DNA from: Chiloscyllium plagiosum | Taxonomy: Eukaryota | Reading direction: 5' to 3' | NCBI RefSeq assembly: GCF_004010195.1 | Contig: NC_057719.1 | Coordinates: 88,343,993 to 88,407,992, forward strand | Length of the DNA stretch: 64,000 nucleotides | Part shown: positions 40,101 through 51,492 of the stretch, one piece after another | Layout: every line of letters begins with the position of its first letter | How positions within the stretch are numbered: position 1 is the stretch's first letter | Made by a program: the position numbers and the translations under genes | Notes under the pieces: model-generated | Database searches by the model: none | What the model was told of the DNA's origin: nothing | Seen by the model: only the letters and a program-made list of their open reading frames with translations

Positions 40101-43100
40101 AGGATGCAGATTAGTTGATGATTGTTAGACTGAATGGCAGAGTAAGCTCAAAAGAGACAGGGGCTATTCCACTTGACAGGTGAAAGTGACGGCTACAGAT
40201 GCTGGAGATCAGTGGCGCTGGAGAGTTGATGTTTCGGGCATAAGCCCTACATCAGGAATAAGTGCTGAAGGGCTTATGCCCGAAACATTACCTCTCCTGC
40301 TCCTTGGATGCTGCCTGACCAGCTGTCATTTTCCGGCGCCACACTTTTCGACCCTAATCCACTTGACATCTTACAGACTGCTCTTTTGGTTCATCTGCTA
40401 AGTACCATCACTTACAGTCCCCTCAAACCTCCTGCCACCACCCGTTCAGCGTATCCTCCTGTACCATCCGCCCCCTGTTTACCCATTAGCTTTTTCACTA
40501 TCTGTCTCATTGAGTCCTTCTTTTTACTGGAATACATTTTTGCTGAGCATTGTGAAACATCTGTTTAAAATCCTAACATTGCTGATCCACTGACTTTCTC
40601 CTTCATCTACTTTCCCAGCCCAGTTTAAACAACTCTTTCTTAGTCCTACTGTAATTGTCTTTATTTAATTTGAGGATACTGGTTTGAGACCCACTTGACT
40701 GTCCCTTGAACCAAATTTGAAATTCTACCATGTTGTGATCACTATCTCCTAGAAGATCCTTAATTACGAGATCACTTGTTAATCCTACCTCATCATACAC
40801 ATTACTAGATGTGAAATAATCTTTTCCTGGGTAGGTTACTGCAATGTACTGCTCTAAGAAACAATCCATGATGCACTCAACAAATTGTCTTTCCTGTTAC
40901 CCTTACCCATCTGATTGGTCCAGTCAATATGCAGATTCAAATCACCCATGACAATTGCAGTACCTCCATTATTTCCCAATTTATACTTTATTCTGCAATG
41001 ATGACTTCACTCATGACTTCTTTCCCCTGCTATTCCTTATTTCCACCCAAACTGTTTCCACATCACGATCGATATCACCTCGATAAATACTCATCACTGC
41101 ACTGATACCATTCTTTATTATCAAATCTACCCCACTTCCGCTTTGTTTATTCTTCTGGAATGTTGAATAGCTTGGAGTATTGAGCTCCCCGTCTTGGTCA
41201 TCCTGCAGCCATGTCTCTGTAATCGCTATCAAATCATTTTAATTTATTCCTATTTGAGCTGTGAACTCATCTACCTTGTTACAAATGGTGTGTACATTCA
41301 GATAAAAAATCCTTAAACTTGGACTTTTGTACTATTATTACTCTCCCTGGTTCTAATTTTTATTAGACTTTACTATTTTCTACCAGTTCCTGTAACACTG
41401 ATTATTGCTCACCTCTTCACTACCCTATACCGCTGTTCTCTCATTTCTGTTTGATTTTTTTGAACCCTTGCCCCCACTAATTAGGTTCATTAAAGCCTTG
41501 TCTACAAAGCCAGTTCCATACAGCATGGAAACAGACTCTTCGGCCCAACTCGTCCATGCCAACCAGGTAACCTAAACTGAACTAATGGCATGTGCCTGCA
41601 CTGGCCCTCTAAACTTTAACTGCACCCACCTCTACCACTTCCTCTGGAGCTCGTTCCACATGTGCACCACCCTCTGTGTGGAAAAAGTTGCACCTCAGGT
41701 CCTTTTTAAATCTTTCTCCTCTCAACTTAAGTCCTCCAGTTATGGACTTCCCCAACGTTAGAGGAAAGACCATACCTATTCATCCCATCTATGCCCCTCA
41801 TGATTTTATAAGCCATCCCAATGGAACAGCAGTCTCTTTCCCCAGTATTGGTGCTAGTGGCCCTTGAATCAGAGCCCACTTCCCCCAAACCAATCTTTTA
41901 AGCCTTGCATTTACCTCTAATCTTATTTGCTCTATGCCAATTTTCAGAGATTACTTCCATGCTTCCGCTTTTTAATTTATCCCAGAGCTGCTTGTAATTC
42001 CACAACGGAACCTCTTTTCCAGTTCTACTTCTGTCTCTGGTACTTCCAATGGACCAAGGTAAGTCCACCTTCCTCTCACTGCAGTCCAGGAGAGATGGCC
42101 TGAACTTGGGCAAAATGGCCTTCAGAACTCTCTTCCTTCACTGCTGTTAAGGCAACAGATTTCCTTCCCTTGCTAAAGGAGTGGATTTTTATGACAATGG
42201 ACTATAACATCATGAGTCATCATTACTAACACAAGCTTTCAATTCTTGAACTTCTCAGTTGAATTTAAAATCTCGCTGGATTTAGCCAGAGCCTCTGAAT
42301 TAGTCGTTCAGTACAACAGCCTCCCTTTATCCATTCAGAAGACGATAGTTGTTTCTATCTCAAAGGAGAAAGTGAGGTCTGCAGATGCTGGAAATCAAAG
42401 TTGAAACTTTATTGCTGGAACAGCACAGCAGGTCAGGCAGCATCCAGGGAACAGGAGATTCGACGTTTCGGGCACAGGCCGAAGAAGGGCCTGAAGAAGG
42501 GCCTGTGCCCGAAACGTCGAATCTCCTGTTCCCTGGATGCTGCCTGACCTGCTGTGCTGTTCCAGCAATAAAGTTTCAACTCTATCTCAAAGCACACCTA
42601 CCATGTTAAATTCTCTCTCTCAGGCCATGACTCAGCTCTTTAATTTCTCCAGCTCCCTTTAAACAATTCAATGTTTCAGGGAGCTTGTGGCAAGGTTGGT
42701 GTCGCCTTGCATTTGTTTCAAAGTTTTATTGAAGCATGTTGTTTACTGGGAAGGAGAAAGAGGCCTGTAATTGGGTGGAGGCCCACCAGAAGATTCTGCC
42801 AGAGACTCCTAATTGGTCTAGACGTGGCGCCCGTTGCAGTGAATATATGAGCCCTATGCTTATTGCAGTAACTTGAACACATGCCCTCATGCTCTTTCAT
42901 TAAAAATAAAAAGGACAAGAGAAGGCCATACAGCCCATGTAGCCTAATCTAATATTCAATATGTAATAAAGTCATACAACAGGGAAACAGACCCTTCAGC
43001 CCAACTGTCTATGGTGATCAAGTTTATAACCTAGACTAGTCCCACTTGCCTGCATTTGGCCCATATCCCTGTAAACCTTTTCTATCCATATGCCTATTCA

Positions 43101-46100
43101 AATGTCTTTTAAATTTTGCGACTTGCACTTACCATGTCCTCTGGCAGTTCATTCCACATACGAACCACCCTCTGCATGAAAAGGTTGTCCCTCAAGTGGC
43201 TCTTTAATCTTTCTCCTCTCACCGTAAACCTCTGCCCCTCTAGTTTTGAACTCACCTACCCTAGGTCTGTTTTCATGCTATATGACTTATGGAATGAAAG
43301 AAGGGATGAATGCCCCTTTTAAATGAAAAGATTGTGGCTGTTAATCTTATCCATGTCCTTCATAATTTTATAAACCTCTAAAAGGTCACCCCTCAACCTC
43401 CTACAATCCAGTGAAAAAAGTCCCAACCTATTCAGCCTCTTCCTGTAACTCAAACCCATTAGTTCCAGCATCAACCTGGTAAATCTTTTCTGAATCCTCT
43501 ACAATTTAGTAATATCCTTCCTGTAGCAAGGTGCAATCATGGATGATCTAGCTTGACTACTTTCCTGCACCACCCCACATCCTTAAAGGGGAGGGACTGG
43601 CACAGTGGATGAGTTAATCCAGATCCCTAGGCTCATGCTTTTGTGACACAGGTTCTAATCCTCACCACTGCAAACAGTGATAATTCAATTAAATTCAATT
43701 TTCAAAACCTCGGCCTTTCACAAAGTAGCAACTGTGTAATGACTGTTGTTACAAGCCCATCAGGTTCAGTAACATCTTTCAGGGAAGGAAATCTGCCATA
43801 CTTACTTGGTCTGGCCTACATGTCACTCCAAACCCTCTGCAGTGTAGCTGACTCTCAATGACAATGAGGGATGGGCAATAAATGCTGGGCGCAGTCAGTG
43901 ATGCCTATATCCCGTGAACAAATAAAAGAACTCTTGTGTTTCTGCAAGTCTACCACTTTCTACCTTGAATATTCTCAATGGCTAAGTATCCACAGCTCTC
44001 TGCAGTAGAGAATTACAAAGACAGAACATAAACCTGCCAAATACAAGCAATTTCACTGTAAGACAATATTTGCTGGATCGTAACCATGGAACATTCTGAA
44101 TTATTCAGAATAGTTTTGACAATACATTTAAGAATGAATTGTTACAGATGACTGGGAAAAGGACAGAGGTGAAATGAGTCTTCCCTCCGCCCCTCCACCC
44201 AACCCAACCCCACACAATGAACAGTTATGATCCCTTATTTCCCCGACTAAAGCAGACAAGTTATTATTTTCCAAAAAAAAAGGAATGGAGTAAATACTGG
44301 GAGAGAAGGGACGTTTTAGCAATTCTGGAAAGAGTGAAAATAGGGCCGGATGGGATAACTAGAATTCTCTGAGAAGCCAGGGAGGAGATTGCAGATCCTT
44401 TGGCTTTGATCTTAATGTCGTCATTGTCTATAGGAATAGTGCCAGAAGATTGGAGGATAGCAAATGTTCTCTCCTTGTTCATGGAGGAGAGTAGAGACAG
44501 CCCTGGTAATTATAGACCAGTGACCCTTACTTCCGTTGTGGGTAAAGTATTGGAAAAAGTTATAAGAGATAGGATTTATAATCATATAGAAAGAAATAAG
44601 TTGATTAGGGATAATCAACATAGTTTTGTGAAGGGTAGGTCATGCCTCACAAGCCTTATTGAGTTCTTTGAGAGGGTGACCAAACAGGTGGATGAGGGTA
44701 AAGTGTTTGATATGGTGTATATGGACTTCAGTAAGGTGATTGATAAGGTTTCTTATGGTAGGCTCTATTGCACAAAATACAGAGGCATGGAATTGAGTGT
44801 GATTTAGCGGTTTGTATGAAAAACTGGCTAGCTGAAAGAAGACAGAGGGCTGTGGTTGATGGAAAACGTACATACCGGAGTTCAGTCACTAGTGGTGTAC
44901 CGCAAATATATGTTTTGGGACCACTGCTGTTTGTCATTTTTATAAATGACCTGAATGAGGGCGTAGAAGGGTGAGTTAGTAAATTTGCAAATGACACTAA
45001 GGTCAGTGGAGTTGTGGATAGTGATGAAGGATGTTGCTGGTTAAAGAGGGACATAGATAAGCTGATAGCTGGGCTGAGAGGTGGCAAATGGAGTTTAATG
45101 CGGAAAAGTGTGAGCTGATTCACTTTGGAAGGAGCAACAGAAATAGAGTACTGGGCTACTAGTAAGATCCTTGGTAGTGTAGATGAACAGAGAGATTCTT
45201 GTGTCCATGTGCATAGATCCCTGAAAGTTGACACCCAAGTTGATTGGGTTGTTAAGAAGGCATATGTGTGTTAGCTTTTATTGGCAGAGGGATTGAATTT
45301 TGGAGCCTTGAGGTCATGCTGTAGCTGTACAAACCTCTGGTACAGCCGCACTTGGAGTACTGCGTATAGTTCTGGTCACTGCATTATAGCAAGGATGAGA
45401 AGGGTTCAGAGGAGATTTACTAGGATGTTGCCTGGTGGAGGGAAGGTCTTATGAAGAAAGGCTGAGGGACTTGAGGCTGTTTTCGTTAGAGAGAAGAAAG
45501 TTGAGAGGTGATTTAACTGAGACATAAGGTAACCAGAGGATTAGATAGGGTGGACAGTGAGAGCTTTTTTCCTCGAATGGTGATGGCGAGCACAAGGGCA
45601 CAAAGCTTTTAAGTGAAGGGTGAAAGATGTACGACAGATGTCAGAGGTAGTTTCTTTATTTAGATTAAATTAGATTCCCTACAGCGTGGAAACAGGCTCT
45701 TCGGCTCAACAAGCCCACACCGACCCTCCAAAGAGCAACCCACCCAGACCCATTCCCCTACATTTACCCCTTCACCTAACACTACGGGCAATTTAGCATG
45801 GCCAATTCACCTAACCTGCTCATTTTTGGACTGTGGGTGGAAACCGGAGCATCCAGAGGAAACCCCCGCAGACACAGGGAGAATGTGCAAACTCCACACA
45901 GATAGTTGTCTGAGGCGGGAATTGAATCCGGGTCTCTGGCCCTGTGAGGCAGCAGTGCTAACCACTGTGCCACCGTGCTGCCCATTTAGAGAGTAATAGA
46001 GGTGTGGAACGCCCTGCCAGCAACAGTAGTAGACCTGCCAACATTAAGGGCATTTAAATTGTCATTGGATAAACAAATGGATGAAAATGGAATAGTATAG

Positions 46101-47708
46101 GTTAGATGGACTTCAGATTGGTTTCACAGGTCAGCGCAACATCGAGAGCCGAAGGACCTGTACAGCACTTTCATGTGCTATGTTCTATGTTTGCAGGTAG
46201 ATAGAGAAAGAGCAGGTGAGAGAGGTGAGTTGGATAGCAGTATCAAAGAGCTGGCTTCAACATGATGTTCCAAATGCTACCTCTGTGCTGAACTGTTGTG
46301 TGATCATTTGTGTGTATTTTTAACCATAAACTGACAGCAATCTATTATCCCATTAGTCCTCTTGTAAGCGTGGCAGGTGCTGCAAACATCTGGCCGAGCA
46401 GTCTCACATCTGGAACAGTTCAGCCACCAACAAGCTGTGTGTGCCTGTGCATATGTCTGTGTCTGTATGTTTGCATGGACATCCATCTGTGCACACATAT
46501 TTGAGTGTGTATCTGTGTGCGTCTTCGTGTGCATGTGTTTTTGTGTGTGCGCGCACGCGTGTGTTTGTGCGAGTGAGAGTGTACGCGTGCGTGTCACTGT
46601 ATGCATGTGAACTTCAGAGCCCATCTGCCTCAGGGAAGTGTAAGCAGAGACCGGAGAGATAAGGAGAGCTGAACAATGTTCCATCCCGATGGTTAACCCT
46701 TCTCCAGTTATCAGGATATCAAAGGCCATATTCCATTTTCATCCGTATGTTTATCCAATGACCATTTAAATGCCCTAAAAATACCTGGTGCCCATGTACA
46801 GTATACACGATACCTGCTGCGCTGTGTAGCGTAGATTAGATTCCGTACAGTGTGGAAACAGGCCCTTCGGCCCAACCAGTCCACACCGACCCTCCAAAGA
46901 GTAATCCACTCAGACCCATTTCCCTCTGACTAATGCACCTAATACTATGGGCAATTTAGTATGGCCAATTCACCTGACCTGCACATCTTTGGACTGTGGG
47001 AGGAAACCAGAGCACCCGGAGGAAACCCACCGCAGACATGGAGAGAATGCGTAAATTTCACACAGTCGCCCGAGGCTGGAATCGAACCTGGGACCCTGGT
47101 ACTATGGGGCAACAGTGCTAAACACTGACCCACCGTGCCGCCCCAGTAACCCCCGGCCCGTGTAGAGTATATGCAGTTACCCGCTGCCACGTGTACAGTA
47201 TACGTGGTATCTTTTGCCCTGTGTAGAGTTTATGCAGCTGAAAATGTGTTGCTGGAAAAGCGCAGCAGGTCAGGCAGCATCCAAGGAGCAGGAGAATCGA
47301 TGTTTCGGGCATGAGCCCTTCTTCAGGAAGTCCAGATTTCCTGAAGAAGGGCTCATGCCCAAAACGTCGATTCTCCTGCTCCTTAGATGCTGCCTGACCT
47401 GCTGCGATTTTCCAGCAACACATTTTCAGCTCTGATCTCCAGCATCTGCAGTCCTCACTTTCTCCTAGAGTTTATGCAGCACCTGGTATACCATGTTGGG
47501 ATCACAGTCTATGAGTGCGTTTAGTGATAACTGGTTGGTGAGGTGATGCCTGTCATGGTCATTGTGCTGCCAATGGCGCACGGAGACAGGACTCTCTGTG
47601 GTGTGGTACTCACCGAGGCATGACTCCCGGGTGACAGAATCTTGTTGCAGCGTTCACATTTCAGACAGAACTTGTGCCAATCCCTTCCCAGCGAGGTCAC
47701 TTTCTCGG
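19067..47708 (-). CDS. crip2: CRIP2-like cysteine-rich (double LIM) protein, spliced CDS exons 2-8 (5'-partial)
   Basis: Joined translation: [68 protein letters not shown]...[102 protein letters not shown]. This matches CRIP2 as recalled; CRIP2 vs CRIP3/CRIP2-like paralog needs phylogeny. Confidence 0.9.
19478..19830. repeat. ~42-44 bp minisatellite in CRIP intron 7
   Basis: Recurrent ccactggatcccagtgagaggggggatcagtt, about 8 units. Confidence 0.85.
19913..19970 (-). CDS. crip2: CRIP2-like exon 7 (58 nt)
   Basis: tgcacag|CATGATGGACAA...CCAAAAG|gtaaca; encodes [19 protein letters not shown](G). Confidence 0.95.
21950..23328 (+). mobile_element. Old CR1 (21950-22590), Penelope-like terminus (22594-22755) and young CR1 3' end (22757-23328)
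   Basis: ORF 22880-23356 is nearly identical to the CR1 at 1975-2340; hammerhead core CUGAUGA at 22628-22634 and GAAA at 22648. Confidence 0.85.
23917..24238 (+). mobile_element. tRNA-derived SINE (HE1-like)
   Basis: ggcacagtgg A-box, gggttcgatt B-box, ggtttcctcccacagtccaaagatgt core; CR1-like 3' end. Confidence 0.85.
25310..25630 (+). mobile_element. Second tRNA-derived SINE family (SacSINE1/DeuSINE-like); related copies near 28000-28190, 28600-28850, 37190-37375, 43600-43925
   Basis: B-box gggtttgaat, core ctggttcactaatgtccttaggga, tail gggatgggcaataaatgctg. Confidence 0.55.
25815..26118 (+). mobile_element. HE1-like SINE
   Basis: cacagtggttagcactgctg...ggttcaattcc...tccacactgtagggatt. 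Confidence 0.85.
26500..27035 (+). mobile_element. CR1 3' fragment
   Basis: CR1 C-terminal and 3' UTR homology to other copies in the window. Confidence 0.8.
27060..27262. mobile_element. Old fold-back Penelope-like terminus with decayed hammerhead remnants
   Basis: gttaacat...ctcttcag then ctgaagga...aaacattaactctg...ccagacctgctgagtt; related termini at 25093-25210 and 54060-54190. Confidence 0.55.
28956..29050 (-). CDS. crip2: CRIP2-like exon 6 (95 nt, LIM2)
   Basis: aacacag|CTGAGAAGGTG...GCAGAG|gtgagg; encodes [32 protein letters not shown]; (CT)n pyrimidine tract upstream. Confidence 0.95.
29363..29431 (-). CDS. crip2: CRIP2-like exon 5 (69 nt)
   Basis: tttctcag|CATCGAGCATG...TACTTTG|gtgagt; encodes (A)[22 protein letters not shown]. 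Confidence 0.95.
30870..31165 (+). mobile_element. Rex1/Babar-like LINE 3' end; related copies at 48185-48632 and 61040-61612
   Basis: [24 protein letters not shown]-terminus; tail ttttcactgtatctcagt...aatcaaatc. Confidence 0.65.
31740..32334. repeat. GA-rich low-complexity tract ending in a ~127-bp tandem duplication
   Basis: 32081-32209 is nearly identical to 32210-32334. Confidence 0.9.
32606..32800 (-). mobile_element. Penelope-like terminus with mutated hammerhead in CRIP intron 4
   Basis: Minus strand AUUC CUGAUGA A GGGC-UUUU-GCGC AAAA CGUC GAUU at 32668-32703; possible TSD atatt(a/g)gtaca at 32595-32605 and 32801-32811. Confidence 0.7.
32994..33140 (-). CDS. crip2: CRIP2-like exon 4 (147 nt, Pro-rich linker)
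   Basis: ttgtcag|GTGTGAACATC...AGTAAAG|gtaaga; encodes (G)[16 protein letters not shown]...KGPSK. Confidence 0.93.
33300..34280 (-). mobile_element. Old CR1 RT fragment
   Basis: [15 protein letters not shown] and VPQGTVL...INDLDE remnants. Confidence 0.75.
34364..34421 (-). CDS. crip2: CRIP2-like exon 3 (58 nt)
   Basis: ttccacag|CATGATGATAAA...CCTAAAG|gtaaga; encodes [19 protein letters not shown](G); not in the ORF track. Confidence 0.95.
34780..35570 (+). mobile_element. 5'-truncated CR1 with an internal 51-bp templated insertion
   Basis: CR1 RT C-terminus and 3' UTR ending ccatgactct. Confidence 0.8.
36270..36600 (+). mobile_element. HE1-like SINE
   Basis: gggttcgattcc B-box; ends gggattctatgattctatg. 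Confidence 0.85.
37420..38085 (-). mobile_element. CR1 3' fragment
   Basis: catacagcacggaaacagacccttcgg 3' UTR and RT C-terminal remnants. Confidence 0.8.
38100..38405 (+). mobile_element. Young HE1-like SINE, CpG-rich
   Basis: cggtggcatggtggtt...gggttcaattccc...; (aatct)n tail. Confidence 0.9.
40179..40357. mobile_element. Fold-back Penelope-like mini element with decayed head-to-head hammerheads
   Basis: TSD tccacttgaca at 40168-40178 and 40358-40368; inverted tgtttcgggcataagccct/agggcttatgcccgaaaca. Confidence 0.75.
40540..41480 (-). mobile_element. CR1 APE endonuclease region, degraded
   Basis: IAITETWL and [11 protein letters not shown] motifs. Confidence 0.8.
42366..42580. mobile_element. 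Very young 215-bp fold-back Penelope-like mini element
   Basis: TSD tctatctcaaag at 42354-42365 and 42581-42592; perfect 81-bp inverted arms 42400-42480 and 42500-42580; hammerhead core 42491-42518. Confidence 0.9.
42970..43535 (-). mobile_element. CR1 3' fragment
   Basis: CR1 3' UTR homology. Confidence 0.8.
44300..46190 (+). mobile_element. CR1 LINE RT to 3' end, interrupted by a minus-strand HE1-like SINE (about 45660-45985)
   Basis: ORFs 44400-44807 ([14 protein letters not shown]...YMDFSK) and 44768-44974. Confidence 0.9.
46832..47142 (-). mobile_element. HE1-like SINE
   Basis: Minus strand ggcggcacggtgg...ggttcgattcc; aatct tail. Confidence 0.85.
47239..47465. mobile_element. Fold-back Penelope-like mini element about 150 bp from the CRIP exon 2 donor
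   Basis: TSD tagagtttatgcagc at 47224-47238 and 47466-47480; 94-bp inverted arms 47236-47329 and 47338-47431 with 4 mismatches; two head-to-head hammerhead motifs. Confidence 0.9.
47614..47708 (-). CDS. crip2: CRIP2-like exon 2 (95 nt, LIM1)
   Basis: ttgtttcag|CCGAGAAAGTG...CATGCCTCG|gtgagt; encodes [32 protein letters not shown]. Confidence 0.95.
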
Positions 47709-50700
47709 CTGAAACAAGAGCAGTCAGTAAATCGGTCATAGCCTTCGCTCAATTATTCATTCACCAGAACACACATGTTGGGAACACCATCTCTGCTTGG
47801 CTCAGGAGCTGGATAGAAAGTGCAGGGAGCCTCCCAGAGCAAATGCGATCTGACCGCATGATGCGCTGTCTGAATAAACCTCTCCCCACCACCCACTCTG
47901 TTTTTCTCTCCTCTTTATGCCCTTTTACATCTGACAAAGGAATAGGGGGTGGTCTCATATTCCCCAGACGATCTAAGAAGAAAAAGACCTGCATTTACAT
48001 AGCACCTTTAGCAACCTTGAGATGTCCCAAATGTTTCTGCGGCCAATGGAATACTTTCAAAGTATATCGTTGTCCTCAAAGGCAGGTAATGTTGCCAATA
48101 AGTACACAACAAGCTCCCAATGAATAACAAGGTGACAATGATCATATTGCGGGGTTGAGTGATGACTGCTGGCCGGGAGATTTAGCAAGTGTTCTGCCAA
48201 AGATTGTAAGAAACTGCAGAGAGTTGTGAACAAAGCCCAGTCCATCAGCCCAATCCAAGCCAACCACTTATCCATTGATTCCGTCTATACTTCTTGCTGT
48301 CTTGGAAAGGCAGCCAACATTAGCAAAGACCTCTCTCACCCTGGTTATAATCTCGTCTGTGGGGTAGAAGATACAAAAGTTTATACACATGTAGCAACAG
48401 ATTCTAGAACAGTTTCTTCCCTGCTATTAATAGACTTCTGAATGGACTCTGAAATTTTAAATTTAATGTTGGTTTCACTCTTTGTGCATCTTCTCTGCAG
48501 CCATAACATTGTATTCCTTGCTCTGTTCAATTACCCTAATGCACTTTGTATGGTATGATCTGCCTGTACTGCACACAAACAAAAAACCTTTCACTGTATT
48601 TCAGTACATGTGATAATATTAAATCAAATCAAGCCAAATGTTGACAGCAAAGCCTCTTGCCCCCTCTTCTTGCAATGGGATCTTCTCCTTCCACCTCAGG
48701 GTCTCAGTTCCATGCTTCAGATGAAGGATGTCTCCAACAGTGCAGCACTCTTTCCCGACTGCACTGCACTATGGACAATGTGGGACTTGAACCCATAAGC
48801 TACCTACCAGAAGCAAGAGAGGTGCTAGCAACTGTGCAAAACAGGCTCAAAGGAAGGCAAGAATAGATTTGCTTTTGGAATCCCTTTTCTCCCCATGGGG
48901 CAATGCCACATGACCCAGACTGTAAATATTAGAAATTCAAAGCATCTGGAATCAAAGGGAGGTTGGGACAAAAACTTCAGATCTCACTCTCTCTCTCTCT
49001 CTTACTCCAATCAATGCCAATGGCTACACTGCATACTGTCCAGTCTTAATTTATCATCACTGAATTCAAAAACCTGTTTTAATCTATTAGCATTAAACCA
49101 TTTTCTGTGTTATTTGTGTTGCATTAATATTGGATTGTTTGATTTTCCAGCATGAAGAACTCTGACTCCTTAGGAGTACAATATAAAAATAAATTCTGTT
49201 CTCCAAATACCCAAGCAGAATATAATTGATACTGTCACAATTATATGTGAACTGTTGGTTATTGTTACAGTAGAAAATATTTCCTCTTGGGAGTCAATCT
49301 TCGGCATGACAGACTCCAATTCAATTTCCCTCAGGCTTGTAATCTGACCTTGGCACTGGGTTGAAGATTAATCATTTCATTGTTTAACTTTGATCTTTAG
49401 GAACACAACGTTAAAAGGAATCAGATATAGAGCTTTGGGCTAAAGGGATCAAAGGATACGGGAGACAAAGTGGGAACGGGGACTAAGTTAGATAACCAAC
49501 TTTGAACGCAAGGGAGAGCAAGCTCGAGTGGCCAAATGGCCTACTCCTGCTCCTATCTTCTATGATGATGCAGAGGTTCTTCAAATATGCTGGCCTACAC
49601 GTTACTGTGGATCCTCTGAAGTATTGAGGAAAGTACTGAGGTTCATAGGCAATTAGGGACATTTTGACCTTGCCTGTTATTCTTTCACAGGATGTGGGAA
49701 TCAAAGAAAAACAAAGTATATTTTGCCTTTAAAGGACAGACATCGAAGATCTGATGTACCATTTCAAACAACAGCCAGTAACAACGTACTATTTTAGGAG
49801 CACAGAAGCCAGACTCTCTGGTTATTTGCTGGTTCTCTCACTTTGGCTGGATAACACTCCTTGTTTATGTGGACATCAAATTCCAATCTGGATCATTTCG
49901 CTGGTCACCAGATGCATCAATAGTTTAAAGGATGATTATGAAGGGCTCAGAGGGCCCAAGCATGAAGGTCATAGATACAAACAGCACAGAAAAGGCCCTT
50001 CGACCCATCGAGTCTGCACTGATATAACTACCACTAGAAGCACATTAATCCCAACTTCCTGCATTTGTTCCATATCCTTGAATGTTATGATATCTGAACT
50101 ATCATTTTAAAGTTTGAAAGGTTTTCAGCCTCCACTGCGTTCCTAGGCAGTGCATTCCAGATTGCTACCACCCACTAAGTGGAAATCTTTTCCCCCAAAT
50201 CCCCTCTGAATCTCCTGCCCCTTACCCTAAAAGTATGCCCCCTTGTGATTGACGCCTGAACCATGGGGAACAGCTGCTCTCTATTCACCCTGTCCATACC
50301 CCTCAATGTTATACATCTCAATCATGTTACCCCTCAGTCTTCCTTGCTTTAAAGAAAACAATCCAAGCCTACCTAGTCTCTCCTTCTAGCTCATGACTTC
50401 CCCTGACAAAGGACTACTGCTCCAAAAGCTTGTGAATAAACTTGTTGGATATAACATGATATTGTGTAACTCCTGACTTTAAGAGATTAGAATCAGGATT
50501 AGAATTAGAATATGTTACCATCACATTAGCTCAAGGATTAATCAGAAATGCCCCCCATTAAACCATCCCTTGAAATGTTCCAAAGATAAATGATTGTATA
50601 AACTAAGTATCTCCCGCCAGCGTGCAGAAACTCACATAGCTCCCTCTCAGAGGAAGCAGCTTTCAGTCCCCAGCTCCTGCTTAATTGATCCCAGCGGAAT

Positions 50701-51284
50701 TTGCAATCCCACCATATCCTGCAGAATTTGCTTACGACAGAGGCTGCCTGCTTCCTGAAGGCATTTGCATTGTGCCCAGAAACTGACGAGACATCGAACT
50801 AAAGTCATGTATGATTGCTGTCTTAGGGACATGTACACAATGCTACGACACTATCGTGAAGAGTAGGTGAATTATTATCTGTGTCCTGACTCATATTTAT
50901 CCCTCAAACCAATGTCGCAAAAACAGATCATCTGGTCATGATCACATTTGAGACAATCAGCACTATAGTTGTGTGATCACCATCAGTGACCAGCTTTCAA
51001 TTCCAAATTACTCCTGGAATTTTGAACCTCTCTCTCCTCAGACCATTCAGCTGGATTGCGTGATACTAACCCAGTTACATCACCACTATTCTCCATTGCA
51101 GGCCTGACCAGCAGTAAAGCACTCTGGACTATCCCAAAGTTGTGAAAAGTCCCATATAGTTCTCTTCTACTTCCTTCTCTAGAGCACTGCTCTGGTAAAT
51201 CCATGCATTCGGCCTCATCCTGAACTGGTTTCTTTTTCCTCTTGACATTTTCCTTTACCTCTGGTGGTTCACCTACATTAAAAT

Positions 51285-51492
51285 CCATAGAATCCCCACG
51301 GTGAAACAGGCCATTTGGCCCAACAGGTCCACAGTGACCATCCAGACAGTAATCCACCCAGACCCATGCCCCATTACTCTACTTTTCCTCTAACTATCGC
51401 ACCTAACCTACACATCCCGAACACTATGGGCAATTTAGCATGACCAGTTCACCTAACCTGCACATCTTTGGACTGTGGGAGGAAACAGGAGC
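51285..51492 (-). mobile_element. HE1-like SINE 3' part
   Basis: cacatctttggactgtgggaggaaac core. Confidence 0.75.

Noticed and set aside
47642..48127. 161-aa plus-strand ORF (and 28921-29265)
   Set aside because: Antisense shadows of CRIP exons running into repeats, with no recognisable domain.
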